Shown: piece by piece, positions 20,314 through 30,193 of the stretch
How positions within the stretch are numbered: position 1 is the first letter of the stretch
Layout of the letters: each line of letters opens with the position of its first letter
Source: Nitrospirota bacterium
GTDB lineage: Bacteria; Nitrospirota; Nitrospiria; Nitrospirales; Nitrospiraceae
Assembly (NCBI GenBank): GCA_963701855.1
Contig: CAVPBK010000014.1
Span: forward strand, 32,001 to 96,000
Length of the DNA stretch: 64,000 nt
Direction: 5' to 3'
The notes under the pieces: model-generated
What the model saw: only the letters and a program-made list of their open reading frames with translations
What the model was told of the DNA's origin: nothing
The model's database searches: none
Program-made: the position numbers and the translations under genes

Positions 20314-21125
20314 TTAACAGGGATGGGCGGAGCTGTAAGACAAGACTTGCCGTTGCCGACTGCCTGTACGATAGACGGTGAGGCCTTTGCATTCGAGTCG
20401 GTATGCGAGCAGAAAGGCTGCGGCCACCTCGGCTTGAGATGCCGTGGCCGGAAAATTGATAGTTTTGAGACGCCTCAGCCGCTATAGCGTTGAAACACGG
20501 CTTGCATGAACGAATCGGTGATGTCGATGGAGAGGTTAAAATTGGTCATCTCGGTCGGTGTCTGTTTGAGTGCGATGAAGTCGAGGATGTCCGGGTGATC
20601 GATACGGAGCACGCCCATATTGGCGCTGCGCCTGGTTCTGCCTTGTTTGATGACGTCCGTCGAGAGGTTGAAGATGCGCATGAAAGAAATTGGTTCGGAG
20701 GCCACGCCGCTCGACGACGCGACTCGGTCGTTGTGAAGGCGCAGGTGACCAAACGAGAATCCCGTATTGCCGCCCGATTGGTGGATGAGAGCCTGATGTC
20801 TCAGGCTCCCATAAATAGAGGTCAGAGAGTCTTTGACCGGGAGGACAAAACAGGCGAAGAGTTGCTGGAGCCGTCGTCCGGCGTTCATCAACGTGGGCGA
20901 ATTGGGAAGAAAGTCGAGCCGGGTCATGCAATCGTACCAGCGCTGAGCCGCGTGGGGCAGCCGGCAGGCGGGTAAAGTCGTTCAGCTTGTGCGATGTCAC
21001 TCGCGACGCGCCAGTATCTCGACGATCGTTCCCGCAATATTCTTGGCCAGATAGCGCTCCCGGAGGACTATTTTGGCATGGGCTAACAGTCGAAGTCGTG
21101 GAGTGAGCGGTGGGCGTGAGGACAT
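20314..21125 (-). pseudogene. nrdJ: Degraded class II (adenosylcobalamin-dependent) ribonucleotide reductase
   Basis: Fragments in different frames: VLRERYL, FLPNSPTLMNAG, ACFVLPV, ANMGVLRIDHPDI, NFNLSI, then KTINFP...CKGLTVYRTGSRQRQVL; internal stops, frameshifts and a missing central part. Confidence 0.88.
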
Positions 21126-21258
21126 GGTCGTCTTCTTGACGGACATAGCACCATTTATAGTGGCAGGATTCTGATTGATCGACGGTGTGGGAATAGATGG
21201 TGAGGCTTGCATCTTAAGTGTCCAGTTCGGCAGAATGAACGCCCACTGACCACCGGCC

Positions 21259-21672
21259 ATGAAATCTTATCGCGAAGAGCTTTGGTTTGAGACGAAGACG
21301 CGGCGCGCCTACCTCAACATCACGCAGCAGGTTGAGGCGGCGGTCAAGAAGAGCGGCGTCCAGGAGGGGCTCGTGCTGGTCAATGCCATGCATATCACGG
21401 CCAGCGTCTATATTAATGACGACGAACCAGGATTACTCGAGGACTATGACAGATTCTTGGAGACGCTCGTTCCTCAGGGCGCGACCTATCGGCACAACGA
21501 GACGGGAGAAGATAATGGCGACGCCCACATCAAGCGTCAGCTGATGGGGCGAGAAGTCGTCGTCGCGATTACCGAAGGCCGGTTGGACTTCGGCCCATGG
21601 GAACAAATTTTTTATGGGGAGTTCGACGGTCTGAGGCAAAAGCGTGTGTTGGTGAAAGTGATTGGATCGTGA
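21259..21672 (+). CDS. yjbQ: YjbQ / UPF0047 family protein
   Basis: [42 protein letters not shown]. Confidence 0.92.
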   Translation: MKSYREELWFETKTRRAYLNITQQVEAAVKKSGVQEGLVLVNAMHITASVYINDDEPGLLEDYDRFLETLVPQGATYRHNETGEDNGDAHIKRQLMGREVVVAITEGRLDFGPWEQIFYGEFDGLRQKRVLVKVIGS

Positions 21673-21799
21673 GCATGATGTTATCTGATCGGCAGCCAGG
21701 ACCCTGCGGGAATAAACTATTGGAGCGCTTGCTACCACAGGGAAAGTTTGGCAACATGGAGAGCGGTGTCGCAAGTCTGTGCGGTAGGAGTCTGTCGAT

Positions 21800-22813
21800 A
21801 TGTTAAGTTGGTCTCGCCCGGATCCCCTTACACGAGATCTCGTTCACTTAATCAATGCTCGGCGCCATGATCATGGCGATACTGAGGCTGCCATCGATAC
21901 GCTGCAAGCGTTCTTGGAGCAGGGACGGGAGTATGATCTTTTAACAGTGCTGGCGGCGTTGGACGAGGATATGGCGGAATGGCTCTTCGATCTTCTCGCG
22001 GAGGCATCCTGCTCCGTGCTCATCGATGGGCCAGCCGATGAAAAACTGGCTTATGCCATTATGGCGGCTTTGGAACTTCCTCTCCAGGCCAATCTGACAC
22101 ATCCACTTAAGTTGAAGATTGACCCGGTTGCGACGGCTGAGCTGTTGCATCGGCATCTTCGGCTCTCTGCCGGGACGGTGGTGCGCGTAGAGTCTCGCTT
22201 GTTGACCGATTCTACGCTGGAGCCGCTCAGTCTCCAGGGTTTGAATGATCATTTGAGTACGGTGGCGGATTCCCAGCGGGCCACTTCAATTGCCGCTCGG
22301 CTGTATCCTCCTGTTGAGAGTACCGCCTTTCTCTTCTTTGAGTTGATCGGTGTGCCGGACTCTGGACTGCCCGATTCGCTGGAGGACCGGCATCGCCGGG
22401 CTCTCCTTGAAGGTCTCGTGGCGCAATGTCCCGAGTTGGCGCTGGCTCCCGATATGATCGAAGCACCGGTCTATGCCGCCTATGCCATTTTCGATGCGCA
22501 AAATGCCGTGCGGCTCCATAGGTTGGCGGATGAGACCGCAGCAGTCTGGCGCGATCTGGATCCACTCGTCCGTGCACGCACGATCGTGCACCTCCATACG
22601 CAATGTGGGAACGGTGTGTACATGCCGGTCTGGACCGATTTGTTCGATCCCGAACTCCCTGAAGACCACGGTCCTGTGTGGACCTCTCCCGATGTGTGGA
22701 TCTTCACGGCTGATTTGCCCATCGAATGGCCTGGAGAAATGCTCACCAATCGGCTGCTCGCCGAAGGCTGCACCAGGTTTGAAAACCACATCGTCGAAAC
22801 TCCTGACAACTAA
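21800..22813 (+). CDS. Hypothetical protein
   Basis: 337-aa acidic ORF with AGGAG upstream; no recognisable motif. Confidence 0.6.
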   Translation: MLSWSRPDPLTRDLVHLINARRHDHGDTEAAIDTLQAFLEQGREYDLLTVLAALDEDMAEWLFDLLAEASCSVLIDGPADEKLAYAIMAALELPLQANLTHPLKLKIDPVATAELLHRHLRLSAGTVVRVESRLLTDSTLEPLSLQGLNDHLSTVADSQRATSIAARLYPPVESTAFLFFELIGVPDSGLPDSLEDRHRRALLEGLVAQCPELALAPDMIEAPVYAAYAIFDAQNAVRLHRLADETAAVWRDLDPLVRARTIVHLHTQCGNGVYMPVWTDLFDPELPEDHGPVWTSPDVWIFTADLPIEWPGEMLTNRLLAEGCTRFENHIVETPDN

Positions 22814-22995
22814 CTGGCGTCCTGCCTGCTCCGTCGGTTCACTCCATCACGTTTCCCTGCGCCTGCCTTGCCATGCGATGTCTTAATGTCGTGACAAACC
22901 ACAAAGCCGGATAGCCGTCTGGTAGAAACCTGAGAATTCGTCGATTTTTTCATCGCCATATCCTATGCTGGGTTTGTTCATGCTAGGGAGCAACC

Positions 22996-23628
22996 ATGGC
23001 TCAGCAGCAGTCTTCCAGCGAGATAATCACCGGCGCAATCACCATCCTGGGGCTTGGGCTTGTGTGGGCGACGGTGGTCTTCAATTTTCCGTCACAAGAA
23101 GAGATGTCTTCGGCCGCACTGCCTGCTGAGACTCGTGAGGCAGCACGTCCCTTGTCTTCCCTGTCTGTGCCACCCACGCTGGATTTAACCATCCCCACCT
23201 CTCCTCCGTTTCCGTCGGAGGAAGCTGTGTCGAGACCGGATGACGATCGGTCGCGTGACTCAAGTGTCGAAGCTCCAATTGTGCCGGGGGTGGATCCTCG
23301 TGCGCTACAGGCATCCCGTCTGAAATGTGAAGCTGAGATTGAACAAATGTGCCCCGATTCTTTGGACGGTTCTGATCGTACACTCTGTCTGAAACAGCGA
23401 GCCAAACGACTTCCGCCGCTATGCCAAAGCCAGTTGCACGAGCGGTTTGTAAAATGGAAGGAAGATCAAAGTCGATTGAAGGCGTCGTGCGACGAGGATG
23501 TGAAACAATTCTGCAGAGCAGTCAAGCCTGTGGGTGGCCAGATCCTCCAGTGTCTACAATCGCATGGCCAGGAGGTCTCAGACCGGTGCTACCAGGCCCT
23601 TCCGAAGGGCGCCGTTTTTTTCAAGTAG
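22996..23628 (+). CDS. Membrane-anchored cysteine-rich repeat protein
   Basis: N-terminal TM helix; two repeats C-x-x-E/D-x-x-x-x-C ... CL ... C (CEAEIEQMC / CDEDVKQFC). Confidence 0.75.
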   Translation: MAQQQSSSEIITGAITILGLGLVWATVVFNFPSQEEMSSAALPAETREAARPLSSLSVPPTLDLTIPTSPPFPSEEAVSRPDDDRSRDSSVEAPIVPGVDPRALQASRLKCEAEIEQMCPDSLDGSDRTLCLKQRAKRLPPLCQSQLHERFVKWKEDQSRLKASCDEDVKQFCRAVKPVGGQILQCLQSHGQEVSDRCYQALPKGAVFFK

Positions 23629-23639
23629 TCGGGTGGATA

Positions 23640-24356
23640 TTATCGAGAGGTGTTCTTTGTTCCAGAGCGCAGACAGAACGTCAGCGTCACGCCCGCCACT
23701 TCGACCTGGTCCTCATCCCTCAGATCCTGTTGTTCCACAACGTTCGTGCCGTTGACCAGCAGAGACTTTACGCCCCGAGAAGGGCTGATGGAATAGGTCA
23801 GGCCTCGGCGGGCGATCGTCGCCGCAGATTTTGGGGCAAACCAGCCGGTCAACCGAATGGCCGCTCCGTCTTGTGATCCGATGACATTCACCTGTTTGGT
23901 GAGCGGGTATTCCAACCGATCGGTTTTCCCGGCAACAATTAGAACTTTGGCAGTGAGCGTCAATTCGTCGGGTGTACGGTCTGTACCTTTGAGCACCGTA
24001 GTTCGATCTAGATCGACAAATGGTGCCGGTGTCGCGGTACTGGCCGTCATATTCTCTTGGAAGATGAGCCGATGTTGGCCGATGGTGATTACGTCTGCGT
24101 CACGTAGTTGGTGGCGCGTGATCGGCTTGCCATTAATGGCGGTGCCGTTGGTGCTCATCAAGTCTTCGAGAAAGAAGACGGCCTGAACCTTCACGATCCG
24201 CGCATGATGCCCGGAGACGGCGGGATCCTCGATGACGAGGGTATTGTCGGTTTTTCGACCGATCGTCAAGGTCTCAAGAGTCAGTTCGATATGCTGCGAG
24301 CCTTGCCCGTGAAGTTTGACGAGCAGTGTGGCCGGTTGTGGCAGAGTTTCAGGCAT
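23640..24356 (-). CDS. Tandem FHA domain protein
   Basis: IGRKTDN, VSGHHARI, LMSTNGT in FHA1; degenerate second FHA. Confidence 0.9.
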   Translation of the reverse strand: MPETLPQPATLLVKLHGQGSQHIELTLETLTIGRKTDNTLVIEDPAVSGHHARIVKVQAVFFLEDLMSTNGTAINGKPITRHQLRDADVITIGQHRLIFQENMTASTATPAPFVDLDRTTVLKGTDRTPDELTLTAKVLIVAGKTDRLEYPLTKQVNVIGSQDGAAIRLTGWFAPKSAATIARRGLTYSISPSRGVKSLLVNGTNVVEQQDLRDEDQVEVAGVTLTFCLRSGTKNTSR

Positions 24357-24390
24357 AGCGTTTCCTCCTGTGCAAGACCCCTGTGATTCG

Positions 24391-25191
24391 TTACGCGGCG
24401 AATCGTTTTTTTAGCCGCTCCCACAGCCCGGCTTGGAGTTCATCACGCAGGGCCACGATGATCACGGTGGTGTTATCTTCTCCGCCGGCTTCGTTTGCCA
24501 TGATGATGAGGCGATCGGACATGGTGGGAAGGTCTTCCGATCCACTGAGGACGTGAAGAATGTCGTCCGCCTGGACATCACGGGTCAGTCCGTCTGAGCA
24601 GAGCAACAGGATGTCTCCGCTTTTGACTGGAATCTCCGTCAGCTCCACATCGACGGTGCTCTCGACACCGAGGGCTTTCGTGACGATGTTCCTGCGGGGA
24701 GAGTGTTTGGCCTCATCTTCTGTGATGAGCCCCCTGAGGATCTGTTCGGCAACCCAGGAATGGTCTGTGGTGAGAGCTTGGATTGTTCCGTTTCGAATAA
24801 GATAGAGTCGGCTGTCTCCGACATGGGCGATGGCGAGCACGTCCTCACGAAGCAGTGCGGCGACCACGGTGGTACCCATTCCGGCATAGTCAGGCCTGCT
24901 CCATGATTCGCGATGGATGGCATCGTTCGCTGCACGAATCGCGCTGGCAAGACGATTGGCTGGCGCCGACACGGTGGCATCGCAGGGGCCGATCATCGGC
25001 AGGTCTGTGTGCCGGCCTGCTTGGACCAGATGGGCCTGTATCGCCTCGACTGCGAGGGTGCTGGCAATTTCTCCGGCGTTGCCACCGCCCATGCCGTCAC
25101 AGACGACATAGAGGCCGAGCAGAGGGTCGGCCACAAAGCGATCCTCGTTATGGGGCCGTTTGATGCCTGTATCTGATTTGGCACTATGCAA
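24391..25191 (-). CDS. PP2C-family Ser/Thr phosphatase (start uncertain)
   Basis: NED, VCDGMGG, GMGTT, HVGDSRLY, LCSDGL, GGEDNTT. Confidence 0.93.
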   Translation of the reverse strand: MHSAKSDTGIKRPHNEDRFVADPLLGLYVVCDGMGGGNAGEIASTLAVEAIQAHLVQAGRHTDLPMIGPCDATVSAPANRLASAIRAANDAIHRESWSRPDYAGMGTTVVAALLREDVLAIAHVGDSRLYLIRNGTIQALTTDHSWVAEQILRGLITEDEAKHSPRRNIVTKALGVESTVDVELTEIPVKSGDILLLCSDGLTRDVQADDILHVLSGSEDLPTMSDRLIIMANEAGGEDNTTVIIVALRDELQAGLWERLKKRFAA

Positions 25192-25218
25192 TCGTTCGAA
25201 TGCCAGACGACACCTCCC

Positions 25219-26649
25219 TTAGGCCGCGAGACTTTGCAGACAGGCGCGGAGCTCGCTTGCGAATTCATCCGCGCGCCGATAGCGGTGAGGCAACTCTTTT
25301 TGTAACGCGCGATCCAGGATCTCCTGCACCCTTGGGGGAAGATCCGGTCGCAATGGTTGAATGGCGGGATGCGGATGATGGGCGATGCTGAAGAGGACGG
25401 CCGACAGGTTGTCGGCCATAAACGGCAGCTGTCCCGTGAGGAGCTCAAACAGCACGATACCGAGTGAAAAAATGTCCGACCGGCCGTCCACTTTCTTGCC
25501 TGCGATTTGCTCTGGTGACATGTACGTCGGCGTGCCCATCACAATATTCGTTTGTGTCTTGCTGCTTGAGGCCATCTTCGCAATACCGAAATCCATGACT
25601 TTCACAATGCGATCCTTCGTGAGCATGATGTTTGCCGGCTTGATGTCACGATGGACGACGCCTTGTTGATGGGCGTAGTCCAGGGCATCTGCGACGGTAG
25701 CCACAGTCAGGAGAACCTCGTTGACCGGCATCAAGTTGGGTTTCCGTGCCCACTGTTTCAGGGGCGTTCCTTCAATGAGTTCCATCGCGATATATCCTAA
25801 ATCGTCTTCTTCTCCTGCATCATAGATGGTCACGATGTTGGGGTGGGAGAGACGCCCGGTGGATTCTGCTTCTCGGAAAAACCGTGCCTTGACGTCTTGC
25901 AGCTTGTCATCGTGGTCGATCTGATCGAGTCGCATAGTCTTGATGGCTACGAAACGCTGAATCGTTGGATCTTTTCCCAGGTAGACCAGTCCCATTGCGC
26001 CGCGTCCGAGCTCTTTCAACACCTTATAGCGCCCAAGCATGCCTGGTGTGTAGCTACTGATCGTTGTTGTGGCGGCTGTATTCTTTGGTTCTGATGAAGC
26101 CTCTGCTTCTTCTTGTCCTACGTCATCATCCTCAGAGAGCGCCTGTACCTCGTGGCGTCGTGTCTGTCTGGGGGGAGCAAACGCTTCGCGTAGCGAACTC
26201 CGGTTCATAATCCAGGCTGCCGTAATCCAGAGGCCGGAACCGACGAGACCAATTGCATACCCCATGGCGAGTTGAGAAGGATCTATTCGTTCGATCAGCG
26301 GCAGGCCCAGGGTCCTGAATGTTCTGTTGGTGAAAAGCACGACGATGAGGGTCGTGAGTGGAAGAATGAGTCGGCGGAGAAAGCTCGATCCGCGACCGCT
26401 GTCTGGGATTTTCCGAGAGGCAACGAGGGCGAAGATCCAAAGGATGGCGAGCGCGAGGAGGTTGGCCACCAATCGAATGGCGTGAGGCCCACTGAGTTGC
26501 GCATACGGAACCGGGACAGATTGGACCACTGCCAGGCTGCTCAGCAAGGGGCCGGCTAGGAGCACAGCCAAGATGAGTAAGGTATAGGGAGCGATCCAAG
26601 TCCAGGATTTCGACATAGGAATCTTTAAGGGTGTCCGTGAACGTTTCAA
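25219..26649 (-). CDS. Membrane Hanks-type Ser/Thr protein kinase
   Basis: About four N-terminal TM helices; LGRGAMGLVY, VAIK, HRDIKPAN, DFG, GTPTYMSPEQ. Confidence 0.95.
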   Translation of the reverse strand: MKRSRTPLKIPMSKSWTWIAPYTLLILAVLLAGPLLSSLAVVQSVPVPYAQLSGPHAIRLVANLLALAILWIFALVASRKIPDSGRGSSFLRRLILPLTTLIVVLFTNRTFRTLGLPLIERIDPSQLAMGYAIGLVGSGLWITAAWIMNRSSLREAFAPPRQTRRHEVQALSEDDDVGQEEAEASSEPKNTAATTTISSYTPGMLGRYKVLKELGRGAMGLVYLGKDPTIQRFVAIKTMRLDQIDHDDKLQDVKARFFREAESTGRLSHPNIVTIYDAGEEDDLGYIAMELIEGTPLKQWARKPNLMPVNEVLLTVATVADALDYAHQQGVVHRDIKPANIMLTKDRIVKVMDFGIAKMASSSKTQTNIVMGTPTYMSPEQIAGKKVDGRSDIFSLGIVLFELLTGQLPFMADNLSAVLFSIAHHPHPAIQPLRPDLPPRVQEILDRALQKELPHRYRRADEFASELRACLQSLAA

Positions 26650-26799
26650 AGTGTAGCGGATGGGAAGGGAGAGTCAACGAATTGGGGGAAATGAGCAGCA
26701 GCGCCTCGATGCTAGTGAAGCGTGCAAACCGACGATTGCCCCGGTTTGTTTAGTTTGTCTCGTTGATTGAGCTAGATAATCTGCAAAACTAGATGAGCT

Positions 26800-27648
26800 T
26801 CAAACGAGGAGGGCAGCTTTCTTCAGGGGATCGAGTAGCCTCTCGGGTACATTCAAGTCACCTCGGCCTGTACCCACTTCGATGTCCGGTTTGGTGATGC
26901 CGTGGAAATCGCTTCCACCGGTCACTAACATGTCCAGCCGCTTGGCCAGGTCGAGATACTCCATCGTCTGTCGCTTCGTGTGTGTACTGTAGTGGACTTC
27001 GATGCCGCCGAGGCCTTCAGCTTTCAATGTTGTCAGGAGTGTGTTCAGCCCTTCTCCGGATACTTTGGCCCAGGTAGGATGGGCCAGCACAGCTACGCCA
27101 CCGGCGGCTCTGATCCAGGCGATGGCATCCACCGGCTGGGGCAGTTCACGCGCCACATAAGCCGGGCGTCCCTCTGCTAAGTACCGGTCAAAGGCATCTT
27201 TGGCGGACGTGACATACTTTTTGTCCATCAAGAGCCGTGCAATATGCGGGCGGCCGACCGCATCCGTGCCGGCCAGAGCCCGCACCTCTTCATAGGTCAC
27301 GTCCAGTCCTAATGAGCGCAGCCGTTCGATGATCTGCGGGTTGCGGGTATGACGACTCTCGCGCAAGGAGACCAAGCGTCGAATCAATTCCGGGTTTTGC
27401 CAGTCTATGCAATAGCCAAGGATATGGAGTTCACTAGTGCCAACAAAGGAGCTGATTTCCACGCCGGGAATGATTTCAATTCCCAACTCAGCTCCGGTTG
27501 CTATGGCTTCGGGAATGCCGGCGACAATGTCATGGTCCGTAATAGCCAGTGCGGTCACATTGGCTTTGTGGGCGAGCCGTAGTACCTCAGCCGGCGCAAG
27601 GCTTCCATCGGAGTGGGTTGTATGGAGATGGAGATCGAGACGACTCAT
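26800..27648 (-). CDS. PHP domain metallophosphoesterase
   Basis: DLHLHTTHSDG, AITDHD, GRPHIA, LAHP, GGSDFHG. Confidence 0.93.
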   Translation of the reverse strand: MSRLDLHLHTTHSDGSLAPAEVLRLAHKANVTALAITDHDIVAGIPEAIATGAELGIEIIPGVEISSFVGTSELHILGYCIDWQNPELIRRLVSLRESRHTRNPQIIERLRSLGLDVTYEEVRALAGTDAVGRPHIARLLMDKKYVTSAKDAFDRYLAEGRPAYVARELPQPVDAIAWIRAAGGVAVLAHPTWAKVSGEGLNTLLTTLKAEGLGGIEVHYSTHTKRQTMEYLDLAKRLDMLVTGGSDFHGITKPDIEVGTGRGDLNVPERLLDPLKKAALLV

Positions 27649-28598
27649 GCCGACTCGTGCGGCAGGCTGCTGGGGCCTGCTTGTTGAGCGACAAGTCGTG
27701 CGGTGAAGACGGAGCCTGGTCCATGGCTGTCGTGTTCGCCTTCGTCGTACGACAGCACGCGGAGAGTGGACGTGAGCCTGAGCAATTCATTGTGCGCGAG
27801 GCAAAATTCCCATCGGCGCGGATGACGATGGCGCATGTAATTGTCGATGGTGAAGGTTTCGTAGATCAAGACCCCGTTCGGTTTCAGTGAATCAATAATA
27901 GCGGGGAACAGTGCTCGATGGAGATAGAAGAATACGACGACCACATCATATTCCTGCTTCGGGAATTCCGGTCGTTCCTCGGTCTTTCGCTCGAGGTCCA
28001 GCGTGCGAACAGTGAGGTTCGGGAGATTCCGTTGTTTCGCCGTGGCAGCGAGGTGAGCCATGGTCTGTTCATCCCGATCGATCGCATCGACTTGAAAACC
28101 ATGCGAGGCCAGATAGAGCGCATTACGTCCAGATCCGGCCGCAACGTCGAGCGCCCGGCCTTTGGGTAAGCGATGGAGTTGGAGCTGTTGCGCTAAGAAT
28201 GACGAAGGAGCTTGATCAGTCTGTTGCGGCTGATGCGCCATGCGGCTCCGTTCCACCTTCACGCCAACCGATCCGGTCATGTGTGAGAGAGGAGGCGCCA
28301 ACTTTCTGAGCCACAGCGAGACCTTCGCGACAGGGAATTTTGTGAACAACATCGCAAGGATCTGTTCCGAGAAAGTTTCCAGGAGCGCACAGTCTTGAGT
28401 CGCAGCCAACTCGACGATCTGCTCAGTTACCTGGGCATAGTCCAGGGTCTTGTTGATCTGGTCGGCAGCCTCGGCAGGAGTTCCTTCGCAGTCCAATTCC
28501 AAATCGATTGCCAGGGGCTGCGGTCGACGCCGTTCTGCCGGCATGACCCCGCAGCGCCCTTGAAATTCCAACCGTTCAATTGCCACACGATAGGCCAT
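27645..28598 (-). CDS. folB: Dihydroneopterin aldolase fused to a class I SAM methyltransferase (TehB-like)
   Basis: N-term FQGRCGVMPAER...TLDYA...LLE...LRKLAPP; C-term ALDVAAGSGRNALYLA, LKPNGVLIYETF. Confidence 0.8.
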   Translation of the reverse strand: MAYRVAIERLEFQGRCGVMPAERRRPQPLAIDLELDCEGTPAEAADQINKTLDYAQVTEQIVELAATQDCALLETFSEQILAMLFTKFPVAKVSLWLRKLAPPLSHMTGSVGVKVERSRMAHQPQQTDQAPSSFLAQQLQLHRLPKGRALDVAAGSGRNALYLASHGFQVDAIDRDEQTMAHLAATAKQRNLPNLTVRTLDLERKTEERPEFPKQEYDVVVVFFYLHRALFPAIIDSLKPNGVLIYETFTIDNYMRHRHPRRWEFCLAHNELLRLTSTLRVLSYDEGEHDSHGPGSVFTARLVAQQAGPSSLPHESA

Positions 28599-28928
28599 GG
28601 CAGCATTCTCACGGATTGGATTTCCGGCTGTCAACCTATCGTTGGGGGGGTAGGTGAGAGGAGGGATGGGTACGCCTAGCGGGCCTTCTTCTTCCCAGAA
28701 CGCGCACGATGGAACAGTGGTTGCCTGGGACAAGAGCGCGTCTCGATGCGCTCAGGGTTGGGCGGGTGAGAATGTTGCTCGCAGCCAAGGATGGTTTGCC
28801 AGCCCCTACCCTTATGACAAAGTGGGGAAAATCTGAAGTCCTCTCCAGGGCTAACGGAGGGATCATTGAGAGGAACAGCCGTCGCCGGTATGTCGAACGT
28901 TAGGAGTGAGGGCGCCTGTCAGTGGTGA

Positions 28929-29234
28929 TCAGACTATAGCGATCGTGCCTTCGGTGCTGACCCCCGTCTTCGAGACCGTCACAGGTGAGGCTCCGGCCTC
29001 CTTCAATTTATCTCCCAGTCTGGATGACAGGAGCGTCTGTTGCAGGCCTTCAGTGGTCTGGTCGAGGAGAAAGTCCAGTCCGAGGACAGCGTAATGGAGG
29101 GGGTGGCCATGTGGCCCATCGACACGGAAGACATGCGCGCGGCTGGTGCCTTCCTCGAAATCGGCGATGTGGTGCTTGGGGAACTGCTGGCGTAGATAGA
29201 GGCGGATCACATCAAGGTTGGCGAGATTGCCCAC
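28929..29234 (-). CDS. Hypothetical protein
   Basis: 101-aa ORF co-directional with neighbours. Confidence 0.6.
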   Translation of the reverse strand: MGNLANLDVIRLYLRQQFPKHHIADFEEGTSRAHVFRVDGPHGHPLHYAVLGLDFLLDQTTEGLQQTLLSSRLGDKLKEAGASPVTVSKTGVSTEGTIAIV

Positions 29235-29336
29235 GTGCGTTGTTCTGCCTTCGAAAGTCAGGAGGTTGAACTAACGCTAAGGTCGAGCAACCGATTCCAA
29301 GTTTGTGCCTGTCTGACCCCATTGCGGCAGCGGCAC

Positions 29337-29687
29337 CTATTTATTAAATGGATGAAACCCAATCTTATTTTCTTCCCGGTCTTGCAAGCCTGTGAAGTAT
29401 ACGAGGACCGAATCAAGCTTCTGCATCAGAATGGCTCGCTCGCACCACAGACCTTCGAGATACGTCACGTCATTCGTCATGCTGTTACACGAAGCGACAA
29501 ATCGTTTGAGCGCGTCTTGCGGAACCTTGAATTCCTGCAGATCGATGTCCAGTGACTTCTCGAGTTTCTCGATCGCAGTGTTGAACTCATTGACCCATCG
29601 CGCTTCAATCTCGTGGCGCTCCGGAACATTCGCCCGAATCGAGGTGATGGCGGCATACGCTCTCAGAATCTGGTCATCGTTGTTCAT
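29337..29687 (-). CDS. Hypothetical protein
   Basis: 116-aa ORF, start overlaps the upstream stop (TAATG). Confidence 0.65.
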   Translation of the reverse strand: MNNDDQILRAYAAITSIRANVPERHEIEARWVNEFNTAIEKLEKSLDIDLQEFKVPQDALKRFVASCNSMTNDVTYLEGLWCERAILMQKLDSVLVYFTGLQDREENKIGFHPFNK

Positions 29688-29953
29688 TATGTGGCCATGA
29701 TTTGGACGTGAGCTGCATAGCCCAATCGCTTTAGCAATTGTTCACAGTCGTCCCAGGTCAAACCGAAGGCACGGACGTCGGCCACGCCAAGGCGTGCCAC
29801 GACATCGCGGATAGCGGTGAAATGTTGAGAGTAGAATTCTCCCTCCATCATGGCGGACTCAGCCCAGGCGACGAGGCCGGCCAGTGACAGATCATGCTGG
29901 AGATAGGCCGCCAGTTTGTCAGCAACCATCTGATGAGTGATGACTTCTTTCAT
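29687..29953 (-). CDS. Small hypothetical protein (possible antitoxin/immunity partner)
   Basis: 88-aa helical ORF coupled by ATGA overlap to the frameshifted gene upstream. Confidence 0.65.
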   Translation of the reverse strand: MKEVITHQMVADKLAAYLQHDLSLAGLVAWAESAMMEGEFYSQHFTAIRDVVARLGVADVRAFGLTWDDCEQLLKRLGYAAHVQIMAT

Positions 29954-30193
29954 GACATGACCTTTTGGTGGCCCTGGTCTACCGGGTACTTGTGATGGCG
30001 TTCAACGAGCTTCCCGGTGTCGTCGTAAATCTCCTGATAAAATCGCACCGTTATCTCGTCGGCGTCAACCTCTTTTCACGTACCGAGCTTTCCAGCCCTG
30101 CTTGCCCAGCACATCAAGCCAGTGTCGCCGTCCCCCAGGAAGGAGAGTATCCCAATTGGAGAATTTCCGTTCATTCTGTTCGCGTGTGCTCAC
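29950..30193 (-). pseudogene. Small hypothetical gene (~80 aa) broken by a +1 insertion; absent from the ORF track
   Basis: GTG 30193 MSTREQNERKFSNWDTLLPGGRRHWLDVLGKQGWKARYVK, extra A in the run at 30073-30076, then EVDADEITVRFYQEIYDDTGKLVERHHKYPVDQGHQKVMS*; span 244 nt = 3n+1. Confidence 0.65.

Noticed and set aside
20198..20392. N-terminal extension of ORF 19457-20392
   Set aside because: Overlaps the nrdJ relic in another frame; a strong GGAGGT RBS supports ATG 20197
28599..28733. N-terminal extension of the folB fusion ORF
   Set aside because: Runs through an intergenic repeat copy; FolB similarity starts at MAYRVAIE (28598)
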